The position numbers and the translations under genes are program-made. Source: Rhizodiscina lignyota (lineage: Eukaryota). From it: a stretch of 64,000 nucleotides of DNA. Numbering within the stretch: the stretch's first letter is position 1; each line of letters opens with the position of its first letter. Where the stretch lies: assembly GCA_010015805.1 (NCBI GenBank), contig ML978125.1, forward strand, positions 1,054,001 to 1,118,000. The letters run 5' to 3'. Below, in pieces: positions 9,509-23,528 of this stretch. The notes below the pieces were generated by a model. The model worked only from the letters and a program-made list of their open reading frames with translations. It searched no databases and was not told where the DNA came from.

Positions 9509-12500
9509 TCACCAGTCATTTTCATCATTCCTTTGGCCTGATAGCGCAGCCTGTCGTGCCTTTAATGCCTCGGCCAGCCCACCAGCAATGCTGCCACCGC
9601 TATCCCTAGCCGTATCGCTCGCTCCGCTTCCAGAATATCCACTATCTCGCGGCGCAGGTGCCGGTGCAGGCTTCTTTGCTCCAGGCCGCTTCGCAGGCGG
9701 AGCTGGAGGACCAGGCTTCCCTCTCGTTCCATTGACGCCATTCGACGCCGGCGTCGGTGCAGGCCTAGCTGCCGGAGGTGGTGGCGGCGGTGGAGGTGCG
9801 GCTTGCGCAACTTCCTCAACGTATGCAGATGGAACCCAACCCGATCCAGAGTTGTCTGAACGCTTAGCAAGCCACCAGCCTAGAGATCGTCAGCGTATGA
9901 AATACACAATACTTCCAAGTCACGCTTACCATTCGTCTCCTTCTGTGTGATGATAATGACCTCGCCCTTACTGATGCTAAGCTCTCCGCTTGTTTGCCCA
10001 GCGAAGTCGTACATTGCGCGATAAGTTGGCTCTCTCGGAGCTGGTGAAGCCGCAGGCGGAGGAGGAGGAGGCGGCATGCGAGATGCGCTGGGTTCACGGC
10101 TATGACTGACGCCATTGACTGCGGCGGCGGCGGCAGCAGCTGGTTGAGGCACCGCTCTAGGTTGTGCAGGTACAACAACATTTCGGGTTTGAGCGGGCTT
10201 TGATGCACCAAGTCGAGACGGTTGTCCATTCGGACCACCAGGTTTGAGGAGCTTGCCTTTTGTGATTGGCTTTCCAGGTACCTGCCTCCCTCGCGGTGTC
10301 GGCTTGGAGACCGAGTTTGGTGGCTCGCCTTGGCTGGTATGAATCGTGGCGCTCTTGTAGATATCGACGCGCCCTGCATTGGGATCCTTCTGGGTCTTCA
10401 CAACAGCGGGTTTGCCAGGTTTCTTGTTGTACTCAATTGTAGGCCCTATCCTCAAGTCGAGGCCGCGATTGACACTCTTCAGGTGCGTGAAAAATTCAGT
10501 TTTGAAGACACAGGTCATCAAAGGATCAGGTTCCTGGCTGCCCACGCCGATACTGAACCAGTCGTCTTTAAGATTCGATGTCCCAATGAACTTAATGGCT
10601 CCGATTGGGATCGTTCGCTCAGCTTGTATCGAGACCTGGCCGTTGACCATGACTTGCTTCACAATGTAGACATTGCGTTTTGTCAAAATAAGCATACGAG
10701 CTTCAGGCTTTGAGGACCGGCCAAGCTTCGACACCAAGATCTCGGCCCGACAGGAGAAGAGAACAGGATCGCTACCAATGTTAATTGCGTTTCTTATAAC
10801 CTCTCCGGGGCCACCTCCATTCGAGATGCCCAGATAGTCGCCGAGGAATCTTCGGTAACCGAGCAAACTGTATCTCCTACGCTCTTTCCGACCACCAAGG
10901 ACCTTGTGGCCCTCATCACGCAGTTCGATGAATTCAAAACCGCCATTGATTCTCCTCCACCACCTCTGAATACGGGTGGCACATTCAGCGCGATAGCGGA
11001 GATAGTTTCTCCATGCGCGCTGAATACGAATAGCCATGTTATGCCAATAGCGGTCTCTCATTGTTTCGAGAGCGAAAAGAGTCTCGGGAGTTTTGATGAA
11101 CACCTTGGTGGTACCGAATTGATACTCTTCAATCGGAATGCTCGTGTCCTTCAGAACCTGCTTCGCTCCAGAGAGGTAGTCTCCTGTCCAAGTGTACTCG
11201 CCTGCATAAGAAGTCTTTGGTGAAAGCAGGAAGAAGCGCTCCACGAATTTCTCGAATGTTTGACGCGATGCAAAACCAGCTCTGCGGATTCGGACGTTCT
11301 CTTGTAGACCAAGGTATTTGATCTGATGCAGAACATTGGGTTCGTTGTATTCACTGGGCGATTTGTTTTCGTTGGGCTTAATGGTTCGAATGTATGATGG
11401 CGACGCTTTCATAAGCGTGCCCACCAAGTCGTTCGCAGAAGCTTTGATCTTGTCGCCAGCTGTTGGAGGTCGCCGCTTGTTGTCTTGGTCGACTTCTTGC
11501 GGGAACAGGGTGTGTACGAAGGGATTTGAACTTGAGCCTACGAGATTGAGCAAGTCCTTCAGCAGTTGGTCCTTGTTCTTGTCGGTCATGCCTTGGACAG
11601 CGTAAGACACGTCACCAGCGTAATGCTTAATGACAAATTGACCTTGACGAGGTTCGAAATTCGGGTTGGACGATAGCGCGTTCAGTCTTTGTACAAAGGT
11701 CTGGTCTGCCGCTGTTGGATCGGCGTGGGCGGTAGCGCACGCATCGTTTAGAGCTGCAAAGACACCAGGAGGTCGCTTCTCCTCGATCAATTCGCAAACC
11801 ACCTTGTTATCGAAATATTTGATAGGTGTCCACTGAATCTGTTCTCTTGCATATTCTTCTTGCTCGGTCTTGAGAGTCAGTTGAATGAAAATCTGCTGCA
11901 ACTTCTCGTTCACGTAGTTGATGCAGAGCTGCTCAAAGCTGTTCTTCTCGAAGATCTCGAAACCATAAATATCCAGAATACCGATCGAGAATGCCGGAGC
12001 GCCTCGTGCTGCTAAAGAAGCATTGACGCGCTGGACAATCCAGTCGAACATATTGAAATAGATGGCCTTGGAAAGAGCATCGCGCACAGCCGTTGCCTGG
12101 GCTGGGTTTAGCGGAACATTGTATATTGATCCTCTCCGACCTCCTCGACTTGTCTCCACAACCCTTTCCGTTAAGGCTTTATTGACGTCTGCAGCCTGCA
12201 CTTCGAGCAAATAGGCAACGAAGTCAACGACCGACTGATCAGTGATTCTTGCATTTCCCTGGTCATCCTCAGCGAACGTTACGTTCCCTAACCACAGAAT
12301 AGTTGATAGCATTCGGAAAATGTTATCTTGCTCGGCTTGCGGCAGACCAATGATCTTCATTGCATTGAGAGTGTCTTTGAAATCTGAAGGATCGTCCATT
12401 CCCTGGACATCGTAGCACTTCGATTTGCTTGTGTATAAGTAGGATTGTGGTTGCTGAACTCCGAAATTCTCACGATGGTTGTTCGACGCCGCCTTCGTGA

Positions 12501-13385
12501 ACTGGTAGAAGATGTGGAAGTTTCTCTCGTTCGTAATCTGGCCGACAACTCGCGACTTCTCCAGGAGGTAGTTGTTGATGTTCGCACCAACCGGCTCGCC
12601 CTGCGCATTGAACTGAATCTCCAGATATTTCCCGAATCTCGACGAGTTGTTGTTTCGAAGTGTCTTTGCATTTCCAAATGATTCCAAAAGAGGATTGGTG
12701 GCCAGCACCATGTCTTTTATTTCTTGAATAGAAGAACTGCTGCTCCCTGACACGTTCGCGATGTACTGCATGATACGCTTCGCTGCCTCCGTTTTCCCGG
12801 CTCCTGACTCTCCAGAAATGATGATGCACTGATTCTCCTTGTATGCCTTCATATTGTAGTATGATGATTCGGCGATCGCGAAAACGTGAGGCGGCATCTC
12901 GAGGCGATTCTTGCCTCTGTAGCTGTTCAGGACTTGATCGGTGTAGATTCCCACTATCTCTTGTAAGCTTTCAGTACAGCAGCAGACTTCTCGCCTAACT
13001 CACAATCTCGAAATGGGTTGACAGAGACCAACACATGGCCGATGTATGTCTACAATCTCTCAGCAGCGGCCTTATGGTAGTGGCATAATTACCCACGTAT
13101 ATCTCCGCATTCTCGAATCGCTTCTTCAGGTTCTCGTTTATGGCCTCGTTCGAAATCTTGCTGATCAGCGTGAGATCCGATACGCCAACTTCCTTCCTCT
13201 TCGTGGTTTCGAAAACGGCCTTCTTGCTGAACCCTCCACCTGGAGGTCCACCGCGAGAAGCTGCTTGTTTTGCGCCTCCTCCATCCTTCTTGCGCCCAGC
13301 GCGCTTTGTGACAGCCTGCCCAGCAGCCTCGAATTAGCAAAGTGTACTTTGTTTCGCGCGTTTTGAAAGTCGAGAGTCGTACCAT
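9509..13385 (-). CDS. myoA: Class I myosin (MyoA/Myo3/5-like); exons 13385-13383, 13315-13097, 13049-13004, 12953-9930, 9879-9509
   Basis: GESGAGKT P-loop, [17 protein letters not shown] motifs, TH1, SH3 (YRAMYDF...GWW...GWVPSAYV) and acidic tail ending DENDW*. Confidence 0.97.
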
Positions 13386-13838
13386 ATTTGGCCTGTGAGC
13401 GGCGTGTGCTGTGGGCCTTTCAGCGCGTGAACCCGCGGATTAAGCTCAGGCGGATATCTCGCCCAGAATAAGTCCCTTCCCTATCGGAACGTGAAGGAAG
13501 GAAGTAAAGAGGTAGAGGGAGGGAAGAAAGCGCTCAGAAAAAGGGTATCTCGTGTGAGGAATGGAGCCTCCGGCTGTAAGATGTCGTTGCAATTGGGCTC
13601 AAACGTCACGTCGGAGAATTGGAGGGTCAACCTGGGCTGGCTTGGCATTTAAGCCACTATTTCCACGCAAGCTTCGACCGTACTCTTACGACTGTGCGCC
13701 ACTCTCAAGGAATATTCTGCAGCTCTCATTTGAAAAGTACGATTACGCCGGCTGTACCTCCGTACCTCGTTGCCAACTCCGCATATGCACCTTTCCTGTT
13801 ACCGATCGAAAATACACAGGCTGCACTTTACAGTACAA

Positions 13839-16559
13839 TCAACCCTTCAACAAGTCGCCACCGAAACGACCCAACGTAATCCAATCTTTCTTCTTCCCAT
13901 CTTCAAGATGTAGACCCTGCCATTCCAATTTCTGCGAAGACTCTGAGAGACATCCAAGACCTCCGCTAGCGAGCCACTCATCTGCGAGAGTGATTATGAA
14001 TCTTAGCTTTTGCGAAAGATGATTCGCGCGAACCAGGGTACCCTCTGCTCTGTCATCTGGGTCCGCAGATAACAGCACGGCAAGAGGACTCGACAGTACC
14101 TCTCTTTGCTTCATGTACTTGAAAGGCAGGTCATCATACTTCTTCAGATGTGTAATGGCTTCCCTTGAAAGACAGGTGAAGTTGCAATGTTTGCCATCGC
14201 GCGAGATCACCAATTTTGTGTGATCTGGAAAATTGAACTGATACTTCAATTAGCATTGGATTCTCACGACATTTGGACTGATGCAGTTAGCAATACTTAC
14301 CTGGAAGCAGCCGTCATCAAACCCCCACACACCGACAGCACCTAATCGTTGGTAGAATCTGACGTACGTGGTGGGTTTCGAAACCTTTCCTTCGTCTCCA
14401 TCGAATTCGCATTGAGCCAACTGTTGGCACATATACTTGCCAAATCTGGCCCAAAGGATTGTGTATGCTTGTTTCCTCTCCGAGCTAATTTCGACTTTGA
14501 GCAAGCCGTCCTTGCCTCGATCTTCATAAAATTCCATTGGAATCTCGGGGATCTTGGTTAGAGTCTTGTCAAATTTCTGCAGATGTACATATCCATTCTT
14601 CACGACCACGTGCGTCACCGGAGATCGAGTGGTTGCGTTGATAGAGCATCCAATGCTTCCATCCCCGAGAACGTAGCCTATTCCATGCTTCCGGGCATAG
14701 TCGACCCACTTCGCAATGAAGGGCATCTTCGGAGGTCTCGAAGCTCGCCGAGGAGCTGATCCGTTATTGGAGAGAGCTTGAGCTATATTGTCTCTGAACT
14801 TCGCGACACGTGCTAGGACAGCTGAGGGATCTGTGGAAGAGAGCTCCGCCTTGTCTTTCGGGGAAGCAGAGTCACCTCCACTCATGAGATCAACAACTTC
14901 CGTAGACTTGGCTTTTTCGTCTTCGGATGGGATGCCACCAGTCCCACTGTCTACGCGACGTTGCCGCGCCTTCACCGTATTGACAGCTCCTTGGGCGGCC
15001 TTTGCATCTGCAGTCGAATTCACGCGTATCATCGTTGGTTTCGTCGGTCTGTTTATCCGAGCTGTCCCAATGCGGCTGCTTTTCCTCTGCGGTACTGGAG
15101 CTTGGACTGGAGCCATCTCGTTATCCGCGACATTTTCACCATTCTCTTTTGATGCTATCGCGGCCGGTCGTATGTTTCTGCTTGCAGCACGTCTTGGAGG
15201 CGCTTGAGCTCGATTATTTGCAGTTGTCTCAGCGAGCACAACCTGCTCTGGAGACGATTCGCGCTCCTCAGCTATCTCGCTAAGTTGAACCTGCTCTCGA
15301 CCGAGCCATGTTCCCTTTTCAGGGAATGGAACGTACACCGTATCCGCCGGTATTGGAACGACGGGTTGACGTCCTGCAGCTAGCTCCTTCTCACAGTCTC
15401 GTACAACAGAACGGACCTTCTTTCCGCCGAATACTTGGAATATCTTTCCTGGGGCATACTCGCCGACTCCCGCCGCCTGACAGAGCTTAAACCATGTATC
15501 AGAGTATCCTCGCCTTATAACCTCTGGACTTGGTGGGCGGACGTTAGGCCATGTAGGGACTTCCGATTTGTAAATGCTATCCAATTGATCTGGTATGAAG
15601 GTCATCTTGAAGAATGCGTGACTGACAATCTTGTCTGGATTCGGTCTGTCGTCTTCATGGACCAAAAGGCTGCCAACGAGGTCTCTCAGATCGCTCGAAA
15701 TTTCGTGAGGACATTTGGATATATCCGGCCACTTGTAGTCTCGGGCTTGAAGTTTCTTGTAGATGTCTTCACGTTTGGCGGCGTGGAACGGAGCTTTCCC
15801 TACTGCCAGGGTGTATCTGCAGCAAATTAGTGGCATGCATATCTAGCGTGGGGGACAACGCATACGCAATAATCCCAATTGACCACAGATCGACTTTTTC
15901 GTTGTGTCCCTTGCCACTTTTTTCCAAAATTTCCGGGGCGAGGTAGTTTGGAGTTCCACACATTGTCGTCCGACGTTTTCCGATGTCGTTCTCGGTCACA
16001 AGCAACGCTGCTAAGCCAAAGTCTCCCACTTTTATGTTCATGTCCTTATCCAGAAAGAGATTCCCCGTCTTCAAATCTCTGTGGACGATGTTTCGGCAGT
16101 GGAGGTACTTGACGGCGCCGCAGGTCTGAATTATGAATCGACGGATTTCGGGCATGGTAAAGAATTTCCTCTTCTTGATCGCATCTGCAAGTGATCCATT
16201 GTCGCATATTTCGAGGACCACGTAAGTGTTTATTTGGTACGAGAAGGCCCGGTGGAACTCCACGATGTTTGGATGATGCAGCTTTGAATGGAGCTGCAGT
16301 TCGGTCACAAACTGCGAAGTGTCAATTGCGTCTCCATAGATAAGCAATGGTGGCTTACCTTCTGTGCTAGCTTTGGGGGCTCCATTTTAGATTTGACAAT
16401 CTTGAGTGCGACGATTCGACCCGTTGATCTGTTCTTCTCGATAACTTCTGCCCTGTGGCAGATGGCGAATCCGCCCTTCCCAAGTTGTTCACCCGTGGCA
16501 TAATGAATTCCATGAGGTTCGCGCACCAATGAAGGTGGTGGGTCGGCGTGGACAGACAT
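13839..16559 (-). CDS. CDC5: Polo-like Ser/Thr kinase (Cdc5/PlkA); exons 16559-16359, 16311-15866, 15816-14301, 14237-13839; alternative in-frame ATG at 16712
   Basis: LGKGGFAIC, HRDLKTGN, DFGLA and TMCGTPNYLAPE; polo boxes KWVDY...GIGY and FQFNFPDHTK. Confidence 0.95.
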
Positions 16560-16898
16560 GTAGAAAATGATGTCGTGGAGTTCGGACGCTGTTGTCGCTG
16601 TAAGTTTACTTAGTGCTCTGCGGGACAACAGCAAACAAGTGGTGAATGGCTGCGGCGAATCTCCGGGTACCTCGTTGCTAGGGGCAAGGGCAGGGATCCG
16701 AGGCTCAGGCATCCGTACAGCGAGTGCCACATATGACTCCGTAAATCCCTCAAGACGTCAACGGAAGAGAATAGAAGTGCGCAACTTCATTTATATTGCT
16801 TCCAATTTTCTCCGAAGATGGTGTAAGATACGTCACACGCAATATACCAGGTGCGGTGATGGGGCAGCTCTGCGCAAACTCGGTGGACATCACATACG

Positions 16899-17707
16899 AT
16901 GTCGCTCACTTTGAAGTTTGGATCATTGGCCATCAGAACATTATCAAAGCCAATTGCGGTACGTCTGACATTCAAACTGGCTCTATCAATTGCTCATTTG
17001 GCCAGAATTATATCAAACGGAATGCGCGCGACCATGAACGCTTCCGCAAGCTGTGTGTGGCCTTCGCGCAAAGCCTCCACCGAGTCGACATGCGCCTTCG
17101 CCTCGGCCTCCTTCAAGATCCTGCAGCAATTGACCGTCAGATAGCTAGAGAGGTGGCAGAAGCAAACGCCAAGCGGAAAAAGGCGGCTGTGCCTACGGTG
17201 AAAACAGAAGAACAGACGAAAGCGGATCAGGCTGCAGCAGCGAAAGAGAAAGACCAGGTGTCTAAGAAGATCAGAGCTGAGCACCACCCTCCACGAATAC
17301 GCCCGCTTTCGGAGAGCAAAGCTATCGAGACGGGAGCGAACTTTATATCCGAGACTTTCCTCTTCCTCGTAGCTGGAGCCTTGATATTGTTCGAGAATCG
17401 GCGGAGTAAGAGGAAATCAGATAAAGAACATGATGCAAGAGATGACGAGATTGAGCGCATTGGTAATGAGAATGCGACAATCAAGGCAGAGGTAGAGCAG
17501 CTAAAGCAGGAACTTGTGCTCTTAAATGGCGGAAAACCTGTGCCCTCTTCCAAAGAAACAAAGGCCGAGGATGCGACTGTTTCCAAGAAAGCTTCAGAAC
17601 CTCCCCCCTCAAAGCTCTTCGATCGTGAGATGTTCTCAAGAGTATTCCAAAGGTCTAGGCAGAATTCACCGGCTACTGGCAGTGATCCGGCCCCGGAGAA
17701 GGGCTAG
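16899..17707 (+). CDS. OPA3-like mitochondrial protein; exons 16899-16958 and 17006-17707
   Basis: KFGSLAIRTLSKPIANYIK and IRPLSESKAIETGANFISETFLF are OPA3 family motifs; 47-nt GTACGT..CAG intron. Confidence 0.9.
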
Positions 17708-18081
17708 ACCAAAGAACTGTATAACACATGCATGAAAACTCCCCTACCTTAAGATTCTTGTAGCATACCTTATATTACTTACCTTGATTATCGAAATGCA
17801 TCTCTACTTAAGGAGAATTGTCCAATGGTGGACGGATTTTAGCCAAGTAGATGACGTATTTAGGGATGCAAAGAAACTGAAGTGCTAGGCAATTTCGCGA
17901 CGGCACGGAGTAAGATATTAATCCACTGAGAGGCGAAAGCTGAAGCTCTTATCATCAAAACCACCGGCGGTTTCATTTCGGTTTGTTTAGATTGTTCTCT
18001 GCCTAGTTTTTCTCAAAGTAAATGACTATCAACGTTCCATAATCCGCGAGCTGTTCACCTCCAGGACCAACCAAAAGCAAC

Positions 18082-18854
18082 ATGTCCTTCTGCACACAAC
18101 TTCGGCGGCGTCCTAGCTGTGCGGATCTTCTCCCTGTTATCGCATCTTCTCAAGGGCTCTCTCTTCGAGGTCTATTTCACAGATCACGCAGTTGATACTT
18201 ATTGACGTGCTTTCAGAGAATGAGCTGCGAACACACGATCTGGCCATTCCAATCCGGTCGTCTCCTGCAGATACAAATCGCCAACTACGCGTCATTATAC
18301 TCACACCGTCTATGGCAATGACTTCAAATATGAGCTCGACCCTGAGACGTATTGAACATTTTACGTCGCTCACAGGGACAGTCGATGTGGCCATCGTCTT
18401 CCATCTGACGCCAAAACCGAACGCCATCGCAGCACCACAAAGCGCAAAGCAGCAGCGTGAGCGGCTTTTTGCCTTCTCGTCTTTTATGTCGGCCATGTTC
18501 TCGCAGACCAGCACACCGGCTATACCAGTTCTACCGCTCGCCTCAGCGAGCTCTTTGCCAGCTGTCCTTCAAACATTCGCCAGCAGCTTGATCAAAGGCC
18601 ACTCTGTAGCCGCCGCTGCAGTTCCTGGTCTACGGCCGATCGAGCTCCTCCAGTATTGCACAGTCAATTCACCCCTTGATCAGCACTCGACCTTCTTGCT
18701 CACAGACATATTCGATTCCATGGGATCTCTGGCTGGCGCGATGACGAACTCAACGCAGAATCAGGAAGTCGAGCAGAAATTGTTGGATCTACTGGGATTG
18801 GAGACAGCTCAATCCGTTGCGGATTTCTGGAGAGACGAATGGGTTGCAGATTGA
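18082..18854 (+). CDS. Hypothetical protein with C-terminal (HhH)2-like pattern (ERCC1/FAAP24/Spo16-like candidate); exons 18082-18169 and 18217-18854
   Basis: In-frame splice GT..TTGAC..CAG into the 18192-18854 ORF; C-terminus LLTDIFDSMGSLA...LLDLLGLETAQSVADFW. Confidence 0.7.
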
Positions 18855-19347
18855 CGAACTCGTTGGTGACGGGTAGTCATTCGTGCTTACAAGCAGCTAA
18901 TCTATTCCTTTAAGTTCGAATATACTTCTTTCGTATGCCGGGGAACGCAATCTTCCTGATAATGCTGCGCAATATATAGAACAAGTCAGCACTTACTATA
19001 CATTGCTCTTTTAAGATAGCAATCTTTAACCTCTTGTCACTCTTTTGGATGTCGACAGTCAGCAAGGAACTCTATGTCGACTGTCGTGCTCATACAAAGC
19101 TGCTGATTGGTCAATAAGGTGGAGGTTTGGCCTAATTCCTTAGTGCCATGCAAACCCTTGAGCCGCCAGCCTCAACGACTTTCACATGCAACGATAGGTG
19201 CCTCACATTAAGTGATAAAGGCCGAAGGTTGAATACGGACTCCGATATTGTCCGTCAGGTCTTTAAGATAACTAGATATCCACTATGAAGTCATTTGAAC
19301 GTCTATTTGCATTGGATAATTATTTCCTTCATTTCGAGAACGCCAAA

Positions 19348-20405
19348 ATGGACGTATACACAGACCAATCGTCGACTATATACAACATGCTTCCCACCCT
19401 AGTTAAAAGACGAATCCCAAGATTGCCCTCACTGAGGCGATCGGTGTCATTTACCGCTAAATCGACTTCTGTTTACGGACTCCCATCTTCGAGCAGTGAT
19501 AGCAGGAGTGTGACGCCTCCGCCCAGCTATAGATCACGAAATACAAGTCAGAGCAATCTGTCCGACTTTACCACATTATCTATGAGTATAAAGGAGCAAG
19601 TGCCATCAAGACCATCATCCTCAAGCAGTGGTGATACTCTTTTCTCTCGTCTTGACGAAAGTTCCGGTGTGAACTGGAAATACGCAGAACAAGGTAGATA
19701 TCGATTTACGCCCTTGAAAATGGCAACTTACTGATAGAGAGGGCAGGATGGAATCTCTTAAATAACTCCAGACTGGAGTCTTTCTCGGCTGAACGGCGGT
19801 CTGCCGAATTTACAGCCATTCTGTCCCGCCAGCAATATGTACATGCAGCGACATACATTCTCCGAGGTCTCCCAGAAGATCTTAGCACCGAAGAGAAAAT
19901 GGGCATCGAAACCGCCCTGCCTCGGGAGGTTCGAGAGTCTGTAGCGAGCAGTACGAACCAGCTTCAGCTTCTCAAGTCAGGTAGCCAAGGATCATCTACC
20001 AAAGGAGATACCCAAGTAGAGCGTTCCATTCTGCATCGCATTGTCGCTTACATGGTGCTTCGATTCTTCCTCATTCTCAATCTCTTACTTCCTTATATTA
20101 CGGTCTGTCTCGGTAGAGTCTATCATTACGAGCGAAAGCATCGGGTGTCGGAGCGTATGTTTAGCGCGAGCATCTCTGGCATCGATATGGTAGGCAAACG
20201 CAGCATGGAGCTATCGCACACGGTGTATGGTCTGAACGATGGGAAGGTTGGAGAGTCGATTAATGAGCTCTTGGTCTGGTGGATACGAGGGGTCACTGGC
20301 GGTATTCATGAGGGTGTCGGGGAAGGTCTGAACATTGTCAGTCAAAGAAAGATCGGCCAGCCTGACATGCATACCCAAGGGAGCGATAGAGTCCAGGAAA
20401 TATAA
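19348..20405 (+). CDS. Conserved-looking fungal hypothetical protein with a hydrophobic segment; exons 19348-19693 and 19747-20405
   Basis: Two ORFs joined in frame by a GTAGAT..CTGAT..CAG intron: SGVNWKYAEQG|WNLL...RQQYVHAATYILRGLPEDLSTEE. Confidence 0.75.
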
Positions 20406-20737
20406 TGTTGATCATCCAGAGGACAAGTTCTCCATGTTCAATTGGTGTTTTGTTTTAACCTTATGTACCTTAGCCCTAGGTACCGTCCCTACATGTACGG
20501 AATTAAGCCGAACACCGCCACGTGACCAATCGCGCTAGAACCCCCGAACTATTTTCCACGGATGGACGAGAAAAAGTTCCTGAGCTCGAAAAGGCCCTTT
20601 CGCCATTCACACAACAGCGCAGCGAGCGCACTCTTGACTCTTCCACTTTACATTATAGATTCTCGCGTATTCATTGTAATCATCGTCTCTCCAAAGAAGC
20701 AGACGTCGTCCCTTCCTTCCCCCTACGATCCTTCTCG

Positions 20738-22762
20738 ATGCTCTCGACCCTTCGCAGAGGCCCTGCGTCTCTGCAACACCTTCTCCGCTATGCATCACAG
20801 GCCCCGAGCGCAGGCCGGTCCTCATGTAGGAGAATAGACGCGCTGCAGATTACTCGTCCAAATATTGTCATTCCACACATCCGAGCGTTCACCTACTCTG
20901 CACGATGGCGTCAAGAAGCAGCGGCAGCAGCATCACAAATCGAATCCTCAGACCCTCTCCTTGAGTTTCAAGAGCTCGAAAGCCGTGGCTTGGTGCACTC
21001 GTCGGTTATCCAGACAATTGTAAAGGATATGGGTCTCTCAAGAATGACGGACGTTCAAACGGCCACTATCAATGAAGCTCTAGCTGGGGACGACATGTGA
21101 GTTATGAACGCACCCACCATAGCTCAATGCTAATCAATTGCTAGTGTTGCACAAGCAAAAACTGGTACCGGCAAAACCATAGCCTTTTTGCTTCCAATTC
21201 TTCAAAAGATCATCGCCGAAGACCCAACTCTGGCCACTCGTGGTCCTCGCAGGCGGACAACACCGGACGACATCCGTGCCATAATCATCTCACCCACTCG
21301 CGAGCTTGCAGAACAAATAGCGGTAGAGGCCAGGCGTATAACAAAGAATACCGGCGTGATTGTGCAGTCTGCAGTAGGCGGGACACAGAAGAGTGCCATG
21401 CTGGCCCAAACACAGCGAGAAGGATGCCATATCCTCGTTGGTACCCCAGGCCGTCTCGCCGATCTGCTGCAGGATCCTTATAGCGAAATCCGCGCCCCGA
21501 AATTGAGCGTTTTCGTGCTTGACGAGGCTGATCGCCTGCTGGATGATGGGTTCTGGCCAGAAATCAAAAATATCGAATCATTACTCCCTGATCGTGAAGC
21601 GAACAACATCCAGACTATGATGTTCAGCGCTACAATCCCTCCAGACGTTGTCTCCGCTGTCAGATCAATATTGAAGCCTGGCTTTCGGTTTGTCAAATGC
21701 GTCCGGGATGATGAAGAGCCGACACACGAGCGAGTTCCGCAGAAGGTTGTGCGCACACTGGGTTTGGAGAACAACCTCCCTGCTCTCGTTGAACTATGCT
21801 TGCGCGAACTTGACAACAGCAAGGAGGATCCATCCAGCATGCCTTTCAAGGCTATCGTCTATTTCAATAGCACGGCCATGGTCCAGCTGGCAGAGGGGGT
21901 GCTCCAAAATCTGGGGAATAGGCGTGGACCAAGTCCACTTGGCCCTGCTAGGGTCTTCGGTATACATTCGAAGTTAGGCCAAGGTCAACGCACACGTGCT
22001 AGCGATGGATTTCGCCGTTCCACAAGTGGGATTCTGCTGAGCTCGGACGTAACTGCGCGAGGAATGGATTTCCCCAATGTCACACACGTTATTCAAATCG
22101 GTCCACCCCAGACTGCGGACGCCTACATTCATCGAATTGGTCGAACCGGTCGTGCAGGAAAGCCAGGAACTGGTTACCTTTTCGTCACACCAATAGAGGA
22201 GGCAGTAACCCGTCAGCGACTGGGCAGCTTACCATTACAGAAAGACGAATCATTAGCAGCTGCGTCGGTCGACATGACACAAGCAGGACAGATTCCTGCT
22301 AGGGTGGCGTCGATTTTGACGACTCTCTCTGACGCGCACCGTGGTGTTCCACGGGACGTTATGAGTGCAGCATATCGTTCTCTCATTGGTATTTTCGGTT
22401 ACGTCAATGACAAGGAGAGGGTAGTGGAAGCTATGAATACATATGCCCGATTTGGATGGGGCTTGAGTCAACCTCCGGCGCTATCAGCTATGTTGGTGCA
22501 AAAGCTTGGCCTGTCTCGCGTCCCCGGTATCGTCACTGACAATGGCATGGCGCGAGGAAGAGGAGCGGGAGACTATCAACGGGGTGGTATGGGCTCTCGC
22601 ATGGGCAGAGGCAGGGATTCTAGATCATCTGGAGGCGCACAAGGCGACGCCTTTGATCAAGCATTTGAAGGAGAACGAGATTTTGGACGACAGCGGGATT
22701 CTGGACGACAACGGAATTCGGGAGGCTTCCAGTCACGCCAAAGGCAACAGCCGCGGTGGTGA
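20738..22762 (+). CDS. MSS116: Mitochondrial DEAD-box RNA helicase (Mss116/CYT-19-like); exons 20738-21096 and 21145-22762
   Basis: Arg-rich presequence, MTDVQ, AKTGTGKT, SPTRELA, DEAD, SDVTARGMDFPNVTHV, HRIGRTGRAG and an RG-rich basic tail. Confidence 0.92.
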
Positions 22763-23528
22763 TGCTTGTAATATAGACGAACTTCTGGGGAGTGTGTGAT
22801 GATGGTTAGGTCTGCCATTGTTGTAGACCAGTTCATGGCATTCTGTACTATACAACAGTCAACGTCTGTCCAAAGCACGGCGCTATCAGAGTATTGGTCG
22901 GACAAGGGGACGCTGCAATGGCTGCAGGTTATCTCGGCGTTCGACGTATCAAAATTCTACTCATGTATTCGAATACTTAATATAGAGCGCGGTCACTGTC
23001 TTGTTTCTCCTTGGTCTGTTTGTGGAGATGGTTAACTCATGAATGATATTTCTGCACAATTCTAAAGATTGTCATCTCCATTCCAACGCCAGATAATTCA
23101 CACTAACGCTCGATTTTCCAGTGTCCAAGACTCATTTCTTTCTTTGTAATCTCGGTGCTAATCACTTCGCGTGTGCGACTTTTTATTGCGTGCTTTGATA
23201 TTCGTATTCGGAAACGGAAAGTTTAACATTTCCTGTCCATGAATTCTCAAGATCTAACAAGACATCGACGAAAACGCCACAGAAACAAAAGTCTATGTAT
23301 CTGGGTTCTTAGCCGGAGTGCGGCCATACTCTTAAGCCACGGACGAAATGCGCCAAATTCGCTAGTTGGGGGCGGCCTTGCGGCTTGATAAACTCTCCGT
23401 TTATGTCAGTCTGTGTGTACATAAAGTCACCGAGTTCATTCTAGTTTATGTTGAATTGATATTCGACGCTTGTCTTCTCTCAATTCTGATCTAGTCTCTA
23501 TTGCTCTTACCTCCGTACACCTTTCACG

